Translations under genes and position numbers: made by a program
In this document: one piece after another, positions 12,291-26,139 of the stretch
Layout: each line of letters begins with the position of its first letter
Position numbering within the stretch: the stretch's first letter is position 1
Source: Eledone cirrhosa
Lineage: Eukaryota
Assembly (NCBI GenBank): GCA_964016885.1
Contig: OZ024740.1
Span: forward strand, 340,690,001 to 340,754,000
Reading direction: 5' to 3'
DNA length: 64,000 bases
The notes under the pieces: model-generated
Told to the model about the DNA's origin: nothing
The model's database searches: none
What the model saw: the letters and a program-made list of their open reading frames with translations, nothing else

Positions 12291-13078
12291 CGAAGAGTAA
12301 TGCTGAATTGAGTGATAACTTCTTCCAATCATATGGTTGTTTATTTGGGTTCTTCTTTTTGTTTGCCCGGAAATTCAACTGGAACTTGCTGGATACAATA
12401 TGATTGTTTGAGGATACACCTTCAAAGATATTGTATGCTTCGCATTTATGGATTTAATAGAGAGAATAAAAACATAAAAGATCCCTTTCTTTGTTTCTCT
12501 CTCTCTTTTTCTCCCTCAACCTAAACTATGTCCCATTGATATTTACTAACAATTCTTTCAACCTTAAAAAAAAATTTTTTCTTTCAAGATAAGAAAAAAA
12601 AAAACATTTAAAAAAAAATTTGAGCACCACACATTCTCTCACACACACTCAAACGTTTCGAAGCCATATTTTCCGCTAAAATTGGTGTTTGCATTGGCAG
12701 CTCCATGACCCGAGGTTCTTTCTGAGGTAATGTCAACCATTTTAGTTGCCACATGTGGCATGGCATACAGTGTATCTGTTCTAAGCTGGATACACACAGA
12801 AACATTTGAACATCATAAAATACCTTATCTAAAACACATCAACTCCTTTAATATTTTTTCCCCTTCTAAACAAATATTTTTAAAATTTAAACATTATAGA
12901 TGTAATTAAACTTCTTATTTGAAATTTATAACATTCAAAAACAACTTTGCCTTAATTTTATTATTTGAAAATTCTCACCTTCATTTTATATTTAATAACT
13001 AAATAGCCTGATGCACGTGTTTGACAATATCAAAAGATTGAAACATATTGCAGCTTGTAACAAAATAATTTGATATAG

Positions 13079-13287
13079 TTGTGTGTGTGTATATGTATTT
13101 ATATATGTGTGTGTCTGTATGTATGTATATATATATATGTGTGTGTTTATATATATATGTGTGTGTGTTTATATATATATGTGTGTGTGTTTATATATAT
13201 ATATGTGTGTATATATGTATGTATGTTTATAGATATGGGTATGTATGTATGTATGTATGTATATATATATGTATGTATATATATATG

Positions 13288-13318
<31 letters not shown>

Positions 13319-13347
13319 ATATGTATGTATGTATATATGTATGTATG

Positions 13348-13381
<34 letters not shown>

Positions 13382-14167
13382 TGTATGTATGTATGTATAT
13401 ATGTATGTATATATGTATGTATGTATATATATATGTATGTATATATGTATGTATATATGTATGTATGTATATATATATGTATGTATATATGTATGTATGT
13501 ATATATATATGTATGTATATATGTATGTATGTATATATATATGTATGTATATATGTATGTATGTATATATGTATGTATGTATATATGTATGTATGTATAT
13601 ATGTATGTATGTATATATGTATGTATGTATATATATATGTATGTATGTATATATATATGTATGTATATATATATGTATGTATATATATATGTATGTATGT
13701 ATATATATATGTATGTATGTATATATGTATGTATATATATATGTATGTATGTATATATGTATGTATATATATATGTATGTATGTATATATGTATGTATGT
13801 ATATATGTATGTATGTATATATGTATGTATGTATATATATATGTATGTATATATATATGTATGTATATATATATATATGTGTATATATATATATGTATAT
13901 ATATATATATGTATGTATATATGTATGTATGTATGTATGTATATATATATGTATGTATGTATGTATATATATATGTATGTATGTATGTATATATATATGT
14001 ATGTATATATGTATGTTTGTATATATGTATGTATGTATATATGTATGTATATATATATGTATGTATATATGTATGTATATATATATGTATGTATATATGT
14101 ATGTATATATGTATGTATGTATATATGTATGTATGTATGTATGTATATATGTATGTATGTATATATG

Positions 14168-14201
<34 letters not shown>

Positions 14202-14304
14202 TGTATGTATGTATGTATATATGTATGTATGTATATATGTATGTATGTATATATGTATGTATGTATGTATATATATATATGTATGTATATATATATATGT
14301 ATGT

Positions 14305-14338
<34 letters not shown>

Positions 14339-14438
14339 GTATATATATATATGTATGTATGTATGTATGCATGTATGTATGCATGCATGTATGCATATAT
14401 GTATGCATGTATGTATGTATGTATGTATGTATGTATAT
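13079..14438. repeat. (TATG)n/(TA)n compound microsatellite
   Basis: Directly visible; produces spurious MYVCIY-type ORFs. Confidence 0.98.
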
Positions 14439-14439
14439 G

Positions 14440-14848
14440 GGAGAGATGACCCCTTAGCCTTTGTCAAGGCAGAATTCTAGGAGAAGGAAAACTCTGATAT
14501 AACACCTGCAACTCTGATGGTATCCAATGATGTTGACGTGTTCTTCTTTTTGGTAAATATCATCTTGGTTAAGAGAGTGGGACTGGCTTTGTGCAGTGCC
14601 TTTGCTCACTATAAAAGCTTCACGGCACAGGCATTGCTTTATATCTGGAGATCTCCCTGCATTTGTCGTCACATGATACCATGGGCCCAGCACTAAGTGT
14701 CAATAATTGTCACAAGTGTAGTGTTTGTACCAGAGTTTTCAAGTCGCTGGCTGGACTAAAAAGTCACACTCGTTCAGCGCATCGGTAGGGGTTCTCCTAC
14801 ATGGATATAAAGTAGTGGCCATACTCGAAAACGAGTTGGCAGCCACCA
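14440..14848 (+). mobile_element. Short non-coding element, RTE 5'UTR-like, related to 28925-29435
   Basis: ctaggagaaggaaaactctg motif plus caatgatgttgac, gagagtggga and gcattgctt blocks shared with 29160-29435; both flanked by TA repeats. Confidence 0.6.
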
Positions 14849-16029
<1,181 letters not shown>

Positions 16030-16092
16030 GACTTCTACAGGACTAGTCCTATAGAAGTAATTTCTATGTTAAATAAAATATATCTATATATC

Positions 16093-16764
16093 TGTAGGTA
16101 AACAGTAAAGTGGAGAAGCCCTGCAGTATATTTAAAGATTATTTTTCTTTCATCCGACAGAATAAATATTTTTATATTTGTTACATTAAATGAATTTATC
16201 AAATATTACCAGTTTCAACTGGTATGTTAATCTCATCAAATACTAGAAAAGTTTGTTCTCCTATTCTGGGAGCAGTTAAAAACATATTCAATTTTCTCTC
16301 AAAATCTTTTATATATATGTTTTTTATGAAGGTGGGGTGGTGAGGGTGGAAGTGGGGTTCAACAGGTCAGGATTCAATTGATTTACTAGAAAATTCTATT
16401 GATTTAAATATAAAGTTCCTTTTCTATTCAGAATAAAGATCCAGATAGCATTTTGTTTCTCTCTCTCTCTCTGTTTAGGTGGGGTTCCGTTGTGCCAAGA
16501 GTTCAAGTTTATTTTCAGGGTTTGTAAATAAATTTTACTTTCTCCATTATTTTTATCCTTTTTCGCAATTCTTCAGAAGCTGAATATGAGAACAACCTTT
16601 TTAAATATTTGATGAGATTGACATACCAATCGAAACTGTTAATATTTGATAAAACTTAAATTCATTTAATGTAACAAGTATAAAAATATGTATTCTGTCG
16701 GGTAAAGAAAAGAATAATCTTTAAATATACCCATGTGCTTTTCCACTTTTACTGTTTAGCTATA
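16093..16764. mobile_element. Head-to-head pair of PLE pseudo-LTR remnants carrying hammerhead-like folds
   Basis: About 175-bp inverted arms (16093-16266 and 16582-16764), each with TTGATGA-stem-GAAAC. Confidence 0.7.
16603..16647 (+). ncRNA. Minimal type I hammerhead ribozyme variant (U at position 3)
   Basis: AAATAT TTGATGA GATTG acatac CAATC GAA ACTGTT A ATATTT: 6-bp stem I, 5-bp stem II. Confidence 0.65.
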
Positions 16765-16798
16765 ATCTTCAATTTCTATGGACTTTACTCCCTTTTTC

Positions 16799-16801
<3 letters not shown>

Positions 16802-16832
<31 letters not shown>

Positions 16833-16892
16833 TGTGTGTATATATTTGTGTTTGTGTATATATATTTGTGTTTGTGTATATGTATATAGACA

Positions 16893-16943
<51 letters not shown>

Positions 16944-17112
16944 ATATTTATGTGTTTGTGTTTCTATATATGTATATAGACACACATGTATATATATATA
17001 TGTGTGTGTGTGTGTGTATATTTATGTGTTTGTGTTTCTATATATGTATATAGACACACATGTATATATATATATGTACATGTGTGTGTATATATATATA
17101 AGTGTGTGTGTA
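16802..17112. repeat. (TA)/(TG) microsatellite with a roughly 70-bp higher-order unit
   Basis: Three repeats of ...tatgtatatagaca... Confidence 0.9.
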
Positions 17113-17519
17113 TTTCAAGCCATACCTATTCATTTGTAAATATTCCTGGACACAGCAGTACACCATCTGCAGATTTTAAAAATAAATTCCTGTAATAAAA
17201 CACAAGAAAAGGAAGCTTTTTCTGGAATAATTAAGATCCTTTCTAGAAAAATGAAAAACTAATTTTACACATGTAATTTTTATTTTATATTTTAAAGGGG
17301 AAAAAAAAGACATTTATACAAAACATTCTTTGATTTGTTTATTTTACTGTTATTATTTGTAATGTAAATTATTCTTTTTTTATTTTTAACACTTTTGATA
17401 CCAAACCATCTGGGACTACCTCTGGTTCTATAGTACTATGTTGTTTGTTTTAAAGTGTTTATATTTATCTAAAAATTTTCCGTCATAATTTTATTTAAGA
17501 AACTTTATGCTCCAAACAT

Positions 17520-17935
17520 AATCATCATTTAATGTATACTTTTCCATACAGACCAAGTCGATACTTAATCAGGGCCACTAACCAGTCAAATAGGCTGGGG
17601 GCCTGCATCTCACTTATATACATACTAGCCCTTTACGGAATGTACTAGGTGAATTTTATTGTGGCACCGGTACTAGGTGGGTTGTTGAAAAATTCTCTTA
17701 ACTCTTTCTTTGACAGGTTTCTTACAGCTGGATGTTTTTACTAATGCCAACCGCTTGATAAAGTATACTGTATGAATTTTTCATAGCGCCAGCGCTAGAG
17801 AGGTTGTCATGTCCATCATGTGTCTGAAGAATCCTCTCAACCTTTTTGGCATGGTTTCTACTGCCAGATGCCCTTTATCATCATCATCAACACCAATCAC
17901 TTTACAGTGTTCTAGGTGCATTTTTGTCATGGCTG
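17520..17935 (-). mobile_element. Degraded RTE-3'UTR-derived element(s)
   Basis: catcatttaatg start; acagctggatg..ctaatgccaacc motif shared with the RTE 3'UTR at 57921-58311. Confidence 0.55.
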
Positions 17936-18949
17936 TGGACTGCATTACAACGGGGGTGAGATAGCAGATGGTATAGTAGAAATGGAAGAGAGGACATAAA
18001 TAATGAGAAAGTTAGTTATATTACTAAATTCTTTCAAATTCTTGATTGTTTTCAAAATAATTTGAAAGTTATAGGTAGTGTCATTTATTATGAATATGCT
18101 AACGAAAGGTTTAATTACTTAAACAGAGCTAGAAAGAAAATGACTATGATATTTTTCAGAGCTAAGATTTGTAGGTGGAATGGAATTAGTTATCCCCAGA
18201 CAGATGTGGCCCAATTGCTTGCAACTGAATGAACTCCATTAAAAACATCAAAGAGCTAGACTGGTGGTGATGGCGATAGCAGTAAACCTTATAACAGTTT
18301 GTCTACCATCCATTAGATAGGCTTCTAGAAAATTTCACTTATGAGGCTTTGACCAAACCAAGACTATGAATAGAGGTAAATGAGACTCTAAGCGTAAAAG
18401 GGAGTGGGGGATGAGAATGACCAAAGTTTAAAATAAATAATCTAGATAATAGAAGGGGAATAATTAATTTATAACAAAACTTGGTTTGTAACTGGATGTG
18501 GGGCTACATCATGTTACCTTTTTATGTCTGTTGTCCATGCTGACAGGGGTTAGATGGGCTGTCTCAATCAAAGTCAGTTTTTAGTTAGTTAATCTGAAAA
18601 ATTAATTGGGTGGAGGATGCATAATTCAAGACCCAAGAGTATACAAGTAATTGCATGTCAAGCAGATGAAGTTATTTTCAGATACAGAAAAACTGCTCAC
18701 TTTGAACTGCAAAAAGTAAACAATGATTATCACAATAATGTGGATTGGAGAGAACTGCTACAAAATGACAAGAACTAAAAGCAAGGCTTGATATAAAAGG
18801 AATAATAATAACTGACTGAAAAACAGAATAAAAATTACCAAAAACAAGACAGAATTAAACTTCATCTCTTTGTTTTACAGCTTTTATGGTAGTTAAAATA
18901 ATACTAGTCATTAAACTAATGTTTTTCTCTCACAACACAATGTCTTAAT

Positions 18950-20098
18950 GTTTGATACTTTGACGATGCTGTTTGGGGTGTACCCCCAGATAAGGCCCTT
19001 GCTACAGCAATATTGATGATTGATGAACTTGATTGTAGGGACCTTCACAACATCAGTCTATTCACTGAATTATTCCCCCATGGATGTGTCATTCCTTTGG
19101 AGTGCCAATCTCTGATTTTGCTCTTGAGTCCAGCTTTCTCCCTAAGTATTCAAATGTTGAGAAATTACTCAAAAACATTGATGTAATTGAATCCCATCAA
19201 AGTTCTTTATATCCTTAGGAAGTATCTATCAATTCCCAAGTTACTGAGCTTATCCCTCATTTAAATTCTTGTTCCTACAACATTTTGACAGCATAATCAT
19301 AAAAAAAACTTGAAAGTTTGGTTATTGTCAAATATATTTTGGAGTCCTGTAACCAAGCTGCATTGCCCAAACGATTCACAGGCTTATGTATATGCTTGTC
19401 ATTGACTCTACCCTGCTTTCTTTATTCCATTCCTACTTGCTCTTTCTTATGGGTAACATTAATTTTACAGCATGAACTAGTGGAGGGAGCTGGGTTTGTC
19501 AGTCCCAGAGGAGGATAAATTGATAGTTTTGGATATAATTCAGTCAAAATATATCTTTCTTTTTGTGTAGCTTACTTTTTGCAAATGTCAAATTTTCTGG
19601 GGATGACATGTTTTTCTTGTGACAAACATCAGTGGCTTACTCAGTTGGGGCTGATATCTGTGTGGGATTGAAATGTCAGTGTGGAAAGCTCCTTAATCCC
19701 ATGAGTCTTCATGAATTGTCTAAATATAGGTTTCTTCGCTCACCATATCAAGTTAAATTTAGAGTCAATATGCCCTCAATTCTGAGGCCAGATGGATTGT
19801 TCAGAGTTGAGAAGAAGCTCAGTGGTTTTACCTTTACTCTTTGTGTAGAGGTATATGCTTCTTATGGAACGCTATTGTCAGTGACTTTTTCACACTTGCA
19901 GGTGAAGGTGGGAGTTACTACATCTATAGCCGAATGGAACAAATTACTCTAAATATTGTGATTTATGGGCAAATTACATTTTTGAGCATGTGGCATTTGA
20001 GACGTTGAAGGGAACAGGATTGCTATAACAAATTTTTGTAATCGTTGGTAGCTTGCCTTACTGAAGTATCAGGCAATGTTTGTAAGAGTGCTTAGCTA
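18950..20098 (+). mobile_element. Highly degraded CRE-clade (restriction-like endonuclease) non-LTR element
   Basis: GADIC..CQCG zinc finger, PSILRPDGLFR (cf. PSxLEPxGLxR), AEWNK, YIFEHVAFETL. 5' limit uncertain. Confidence 0.65.
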
Positions 20099-20293
20099 TT
20101 AATAATAATTGTTTCTACTTTTGGCACAAGGCCAGCAATTACTCAGTGTATTACTGGTACTTTATTTTATCGACCCCGTAAGGATGAGAGGCAAAGTTAA
20201 CCTCGGCGGGATTTGAACTCAGAATGGCAAGGGCCGTAACTATGCGTCAAAGCATGGCGTCCGACCCTCGACCGATACTGCCAATTCACCGAG
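20099..20293 (-). mobile_element. tRNA-derived SINE, family A
   Basis: Minus strand carries B-box GAGTTCAAATCC; (AAT) tail. Confidence 0.9.
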
Positions 20294-20294
20294 A

Positions 20295-20470
20295 TAATAA
20301 TAATGAAAATTATTGTGCTCAGGTTCACTACAACTCATCAAAGGTACATGTATAGTACATAGAATAATGTACAAATGTCAGGTAAATGAACAGTGTATGA
20401 TTCATGGCACACGTGCGTATTAAGGGGGAATATCAGGTGTAGTGTTGGCGAATTTCGAAGGACGCAGTGT
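20295..20470 (-). mobile_element. CR1 3'UTR fragment
   Basis: Reverse complement of 9420-9637. Confidence 0.85.
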
Positions 20471-21230
20471 TCAACTCTTTAGCAGCCTCTATCATTTACA
20501 GTAATGGTGTGTCTTGACTTACCTCAAAAATGTTTTGAGGGACACACTAGCATTCCCTGCTGTAGTATATTATTGATTCTGCGCGTCTTCTGTTGTTGTT
20601 TTTTCTCTTTTCTGATTCTTTTTTGTCGATTTGTTCCTTTTGGGGACCATAAACACTATAATTTAATTTGAATAAAATTGTTTGAGAGGGAAAAATCTAG
20701 CACACCCTATGGTGCTCTCTGCATCGAATAAGGTTAATACTAGCTTAACAAATGTTAAATATAAATAGAAATGATTCATTATTAACATATATATAGAAAT
20801 GATTTATTATTACATTTTAGAAGGGAAAGAGTTACTACTTCTGACAATATCAGCATCTGCGTTCTAATATAAAGGGAAATAAACAAGGCTTGTAGTGTTT
20901 CCGATAAGTTATCTCCCTTTTGTCAATCGTCTTCAGTAATTTTATTTTCAATGTTGCATCTCAGTTCTCTCTCCGAACATTCACATCCCTACCCCGACAA
21001 TCTATAAACATACTTCCCCTCCCGTATACATGCCCACGATATACGTTCTCTCTACAACTACAAACCCATTCTTGTTACCCCATCGCTCTCAATAAACATA
21101 TTCTCTCACACTTTCTACATACACACTCTATTTTCTCACTCTACACATACGTGTACAATAACATACTCATTTTTATATATGCACACACACTGTTGCATAA
21201 TCTCTCTTATATTTTATCACTATTTTACAG

Positions 21231-21590
21231 GCGGTAGATTGCCAGAATCAGAGCGTTTGGCAAAATACCTACGGTACTTAGTTACGACCCTTTACGTTCT
21301 GAGGTCAATTTTGTCTTTCATCTTTCCCTGGGGATGTCGATTTAAGAAAGCACCAGTCGGGCATCGAGCTTTAAATAATATTCCTATAAAGCAAACAAGA
21401 GGTGAATGAAAGAGTCGACGACTAAAACTAACAATATAATTGGCAGTCAATAGAACGTCGGATAGAATGCTTGGTGGTATTCATCCCGGATCTATATACT
21501 CTATAGTTCAAGTCCTAATGAGGTTAACTTCGTGTTTCATGATTTTAAAGTCGATAAATAAAGTACAAGTTCAGGACTGGAGTCGATTCT
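21231..21590 (+). mobile_element. Two degraded family A SINEs in tandem
   Basis: ggcggtagattgccagaatc head; gtcgat..aaag.accag body repeated. Confidence 0.65.
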
Positions 21591-22224
21591 TCCTTCCATC
21601 TCTTTCTCGGAAAGAAGTCAGCTGTTTCAACCTGGAGAGGGGATGGGCTTCACCAGCTTTAAATGCCCAAGACATGTCTCTCCGGCTTAATCAGAAGTTA
21701 AGAGCCTATGTCATGCATGCACAAATAACAGCAACATCCTTTTCTGTTACATTCACATCCACTTCTTTCTTTATTTTCTTTTTTTGCATCCCCTCACTCA
21801 TCTGTTACATTCACATCCTTTGTGACCTCACTCGGTTACATTTCACGTAACATCATAAGACCTTCCCCTCCACATCTAACTTATGTATTTCACTTCCTCA
21901 TACATTTACCCAACATCCTCCTACTCCTACTCCTCCATCTATAATACTTTTTTTCCCCACATGTATGCATGTATTTACAAACGCGTACACATCCAAATGC
22001 TTATCAGTTTTCTATTCCTACCTATTTTCTTCAACCTCAATTTCTCCTATCACACCTACCATTCATTACTCTGTTTCCTCTATCCCCACCACTACAAAGT
22101 CTTACTCGATTCAACACCATTACCAGCATGGTATATAGAGTACGACTGTAGCTGCTGCTGTAGTAGTAGTAGTATACAACTGTACAATGCAGTATACTGT
22201 ACAACTACAGCAGCTGCAATCAAC

Positions 22225-22267
22225 ACACACACACGCATGGGTGTGTGTGGTGTGTGGGTGTGCATAT

Positions 22268-22310
<43 letters not shown>

Positions 22311-22946
22311 CATGTGTATACATTTATATATATATATGTATGTGTATATATGTATGTGTGTATGTGTATATATGTATGTGTGTATGTGTATATATGTATA
22401 TGTATATATGTGTATATATGTATATGTATATATGTGTATATATGTATGTGTATATATGTATATGTATATATGTGTATATATGTATATGTATATATGTGTA
22501 TATATATATATGTATGTGTATATATATATATATATGTATGTGTATATATATATATATATGTATGTGTATATATATATATGTATGTGTATATGTATATATA
22601 TATGTATGTGTATATGTATATATATATGTATGTGTATATATATATATATATGTATGTGTATATATATATGTATGTGTATATATATATGTATGTGTATATA
22701 TATATATATATGTATGTGTATATATATATGTATATATGTATGTGTATATATATATGTATATATGTATGTGTATATATATGTATATATGTATGTGTATGTA
22801 TATATGTATGTGTATATATATGTATATATGTATGTGTATGTATATATGTATGTGTGTATATATATATGTATATATGTATGTGTATGTATATATGTATGTG
22901 TATATATATATATATGTATGTGTATATATATATATATATGTATATA

Positions 22947-22985
<39 letters not shown>

Positions 22986-23220
22986 ATATGTGTATATATG
23001 TATATATATATGTGTATATATATATATATATATATGTATGTGTATATATATGTATGTATGTGTATATATATATATGTGTGTATATATATATATATGTGTG
23101 TATATATATATATGTGTGTGTATATATATATATGTGTGTATATATATATATATATGTGTATATATATATGTGTGTATATATATATATATGTGTGTATATA
23201 TATATATATATGTGTATATG

Positions 23221-23257
<37 letters not shown>

Positions 23258-23272
23258 GTATATATATATATG

Positions 23273-23317
<45 letters not shown>

Positions 23318-23346
23318 ATATATATATGTATATATGTATATATATG

Positions 23347-23377
<31 letters not shown>

Positions 23378-23662
23378 GTATATATGTATATATATATATG
23401 TATATATATATATGTATATATATATATGTATATATATATATGTATATATATATATGTATATATATATATGTATATATATATATGTATATATATATATGTA
23501 TATATATATATGTATATATATATATGTATATATATATATGTATATATATATATGTATATATATATATGTATATATATATATGTATATATATATATGTATA
23601 TATATATATGTATATATATATATGTATATATGTATATATATATATGTATATATGTATATATG

Positions 23663-23735
<73 letters not shown>

Positions 23736-23929
23736 GTATATATGTATGTGTATATATATATGTATGTGTATATATATATGTATGTGTATATATATATATG
23801 TGTGTATATATATATGTGTGTATATATATATGTGTGTGTATATATATGTGTGTGTATATATATATATATATGTATGTGTGTGTATATATATATATATATA
23901 TATGTATGTGTATATATATATATATATAT

Positions 23930-23969
<40 letters not shown>

Positions 23970-24742
23970 ATATATATATATATATATGTGTGTGTATATA
24001 TATATATATATATGTATGTGTATATATATATATATATGTATGTGTATATATATATATATATGTATGTGTATATATATATATATATGTATGTGTATATATA
24101 TATGTATGTGTATATATATATATATATGTATGTGTATATATATATATATATGTATGTGTATATATATATATGTATGTGTATATATATATATATGTATGTG
24201 TATATATATATATATGTATGTGTATATATATATATATGTATGTGTATATATATGTATGTGTATATATATATATATGTATGTGTATATATATATATATGTA
24301 TGTGTATATATATATATATATGTATGTGTATATATATATATATGTATGTGTATATATATATATATATGTATGTGTATATATATATATATATGTATGTGTA
24401 TATATATATATATGTATGTGTATATATATATATGTATATATGTATATGTATATATGTATGTGTATATATATATGTGTGTGTGTATATATATATATATGTG
24501 TATATATATATATATGTGTATATATATATATATGTATGTGTATATATATATATATATGTATGTGTATATATATATATATGTGTGTATATATATATATATG
24601 TATGTGTATATATATATATATATGTATGTGTATATATATATATGTGTGTGTGTATATATATATATGTGTGTATATATATATATATATGTGTGTATATATA
24701 TATATATATATGTGTATATATATATATATATATGTGTATATG

Positions 24743-24793
<51 letters not shown>

Positions 24794-24862
24794 ATATATA
24801 TATGTATATATATATATGTATATATATATATGTATATATGTATATGTATATATGTATATATG

Positions 24863-24909
<47 letters not shown>

Positions 24910-26136
24910 GTATATATATATGTATGTGTATATGTATGTGTATATATATGTATGTGTATATATATATGTGTGTATATATATATGTATGTGTATATATATG
25001 TGTGTATATATATATGTATGTGTATATATATGTGTGTGTATATATATGTGTGTGTATATATATATGTGTGTATATATATATATACACATATATATATATA
25101 TGTGTGTATATATATGTGTATATATATATATGTGTATATATATATATATGTGTATATATATATATGTGTATATATATATATGTGTATATATATATATGTG
25201 TATATATATATATATATGTGTATATATATATATATGTGTATATATATATATATATGTGTATATATATATATGTGTATATATATATATATATGTGTATATA
25301 TATATACGTGTATATATATATATGTGTATATATATATATGTATATATATATATGTATATGTATATATATATATATGTATATATATATGTATATGTATATA
25401 TATATGTATATATATATGTATATATATATATGTATATGTATATATATATANNNNNNNNNNNNNNNNNNNNNNNNNNNNNNNNNNNNNNNNNNNNNNNNNN
25501 NNNNNNNNNNNNNNNNNNNNNNNNNNNNNNNNNNNNNNNNNNNNNNNNNNNNNNNNNNNNNNNNNNNNNNNNNNNNNNNNNNNNNNNNNNNNNNNNNNNN
25601 NNNNNNNNNNNNNNNNNNNNNNNNNNNNNNNNNNNNNNNNNNNNNNNNNNTATATATATGTATGACATGCATATATATATTATATGTATGTATGCATATA
25701 TATATATATATATATGATATGTATGCATATAATATATATAGTATGTATGCATATATATATATATATATATATATTGTATGTAGTCATATATAAATAATAT
25801 ATGCTATATGTAGCATATATATATATATATGTATGTATGGTATATTATATATATGTATAGCATATATATATATATGTATGTATGCATATATATATATATG
25901 TATGTATGCATATATATATATGTATGTATGCATATATATATATATATGTATGCATATATATATATATATATGTATGCATATATATATATATATGTATGCA
26001 TATATATATATATATGTATGTATGCATATATATATATATATGTATGCATGCATATATATGTATGTATGCATATATATATATATATGTATGCATATATATA
26101 TATATATGTATGCATATATATATATATATATATATA
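22225..26136. repeat. About 3.9-kb (TA)n/(TATG)/(TG) satellite containing an assembly gap
   Basis: Directly visible; N run at 25451-25650. Confidence 0.98.
25451..25650. other. Assembly gap (200 N)
   Basis: Run of N. Confidence 1.
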
Positions 26137-26139
26137 GAG

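Noticed and set aside
12640-12690. GAAACGTT on the minus strand suggesting a hammerhead
   Set aside because: No upstream GANGA core or convincing stems.
20506-20546. Hairpin GTGTGTC..CCTCAAAA atg TTTTGAGG GACACAC
   Set aside because: Single occurrence with no family motif; cannot assign a function.
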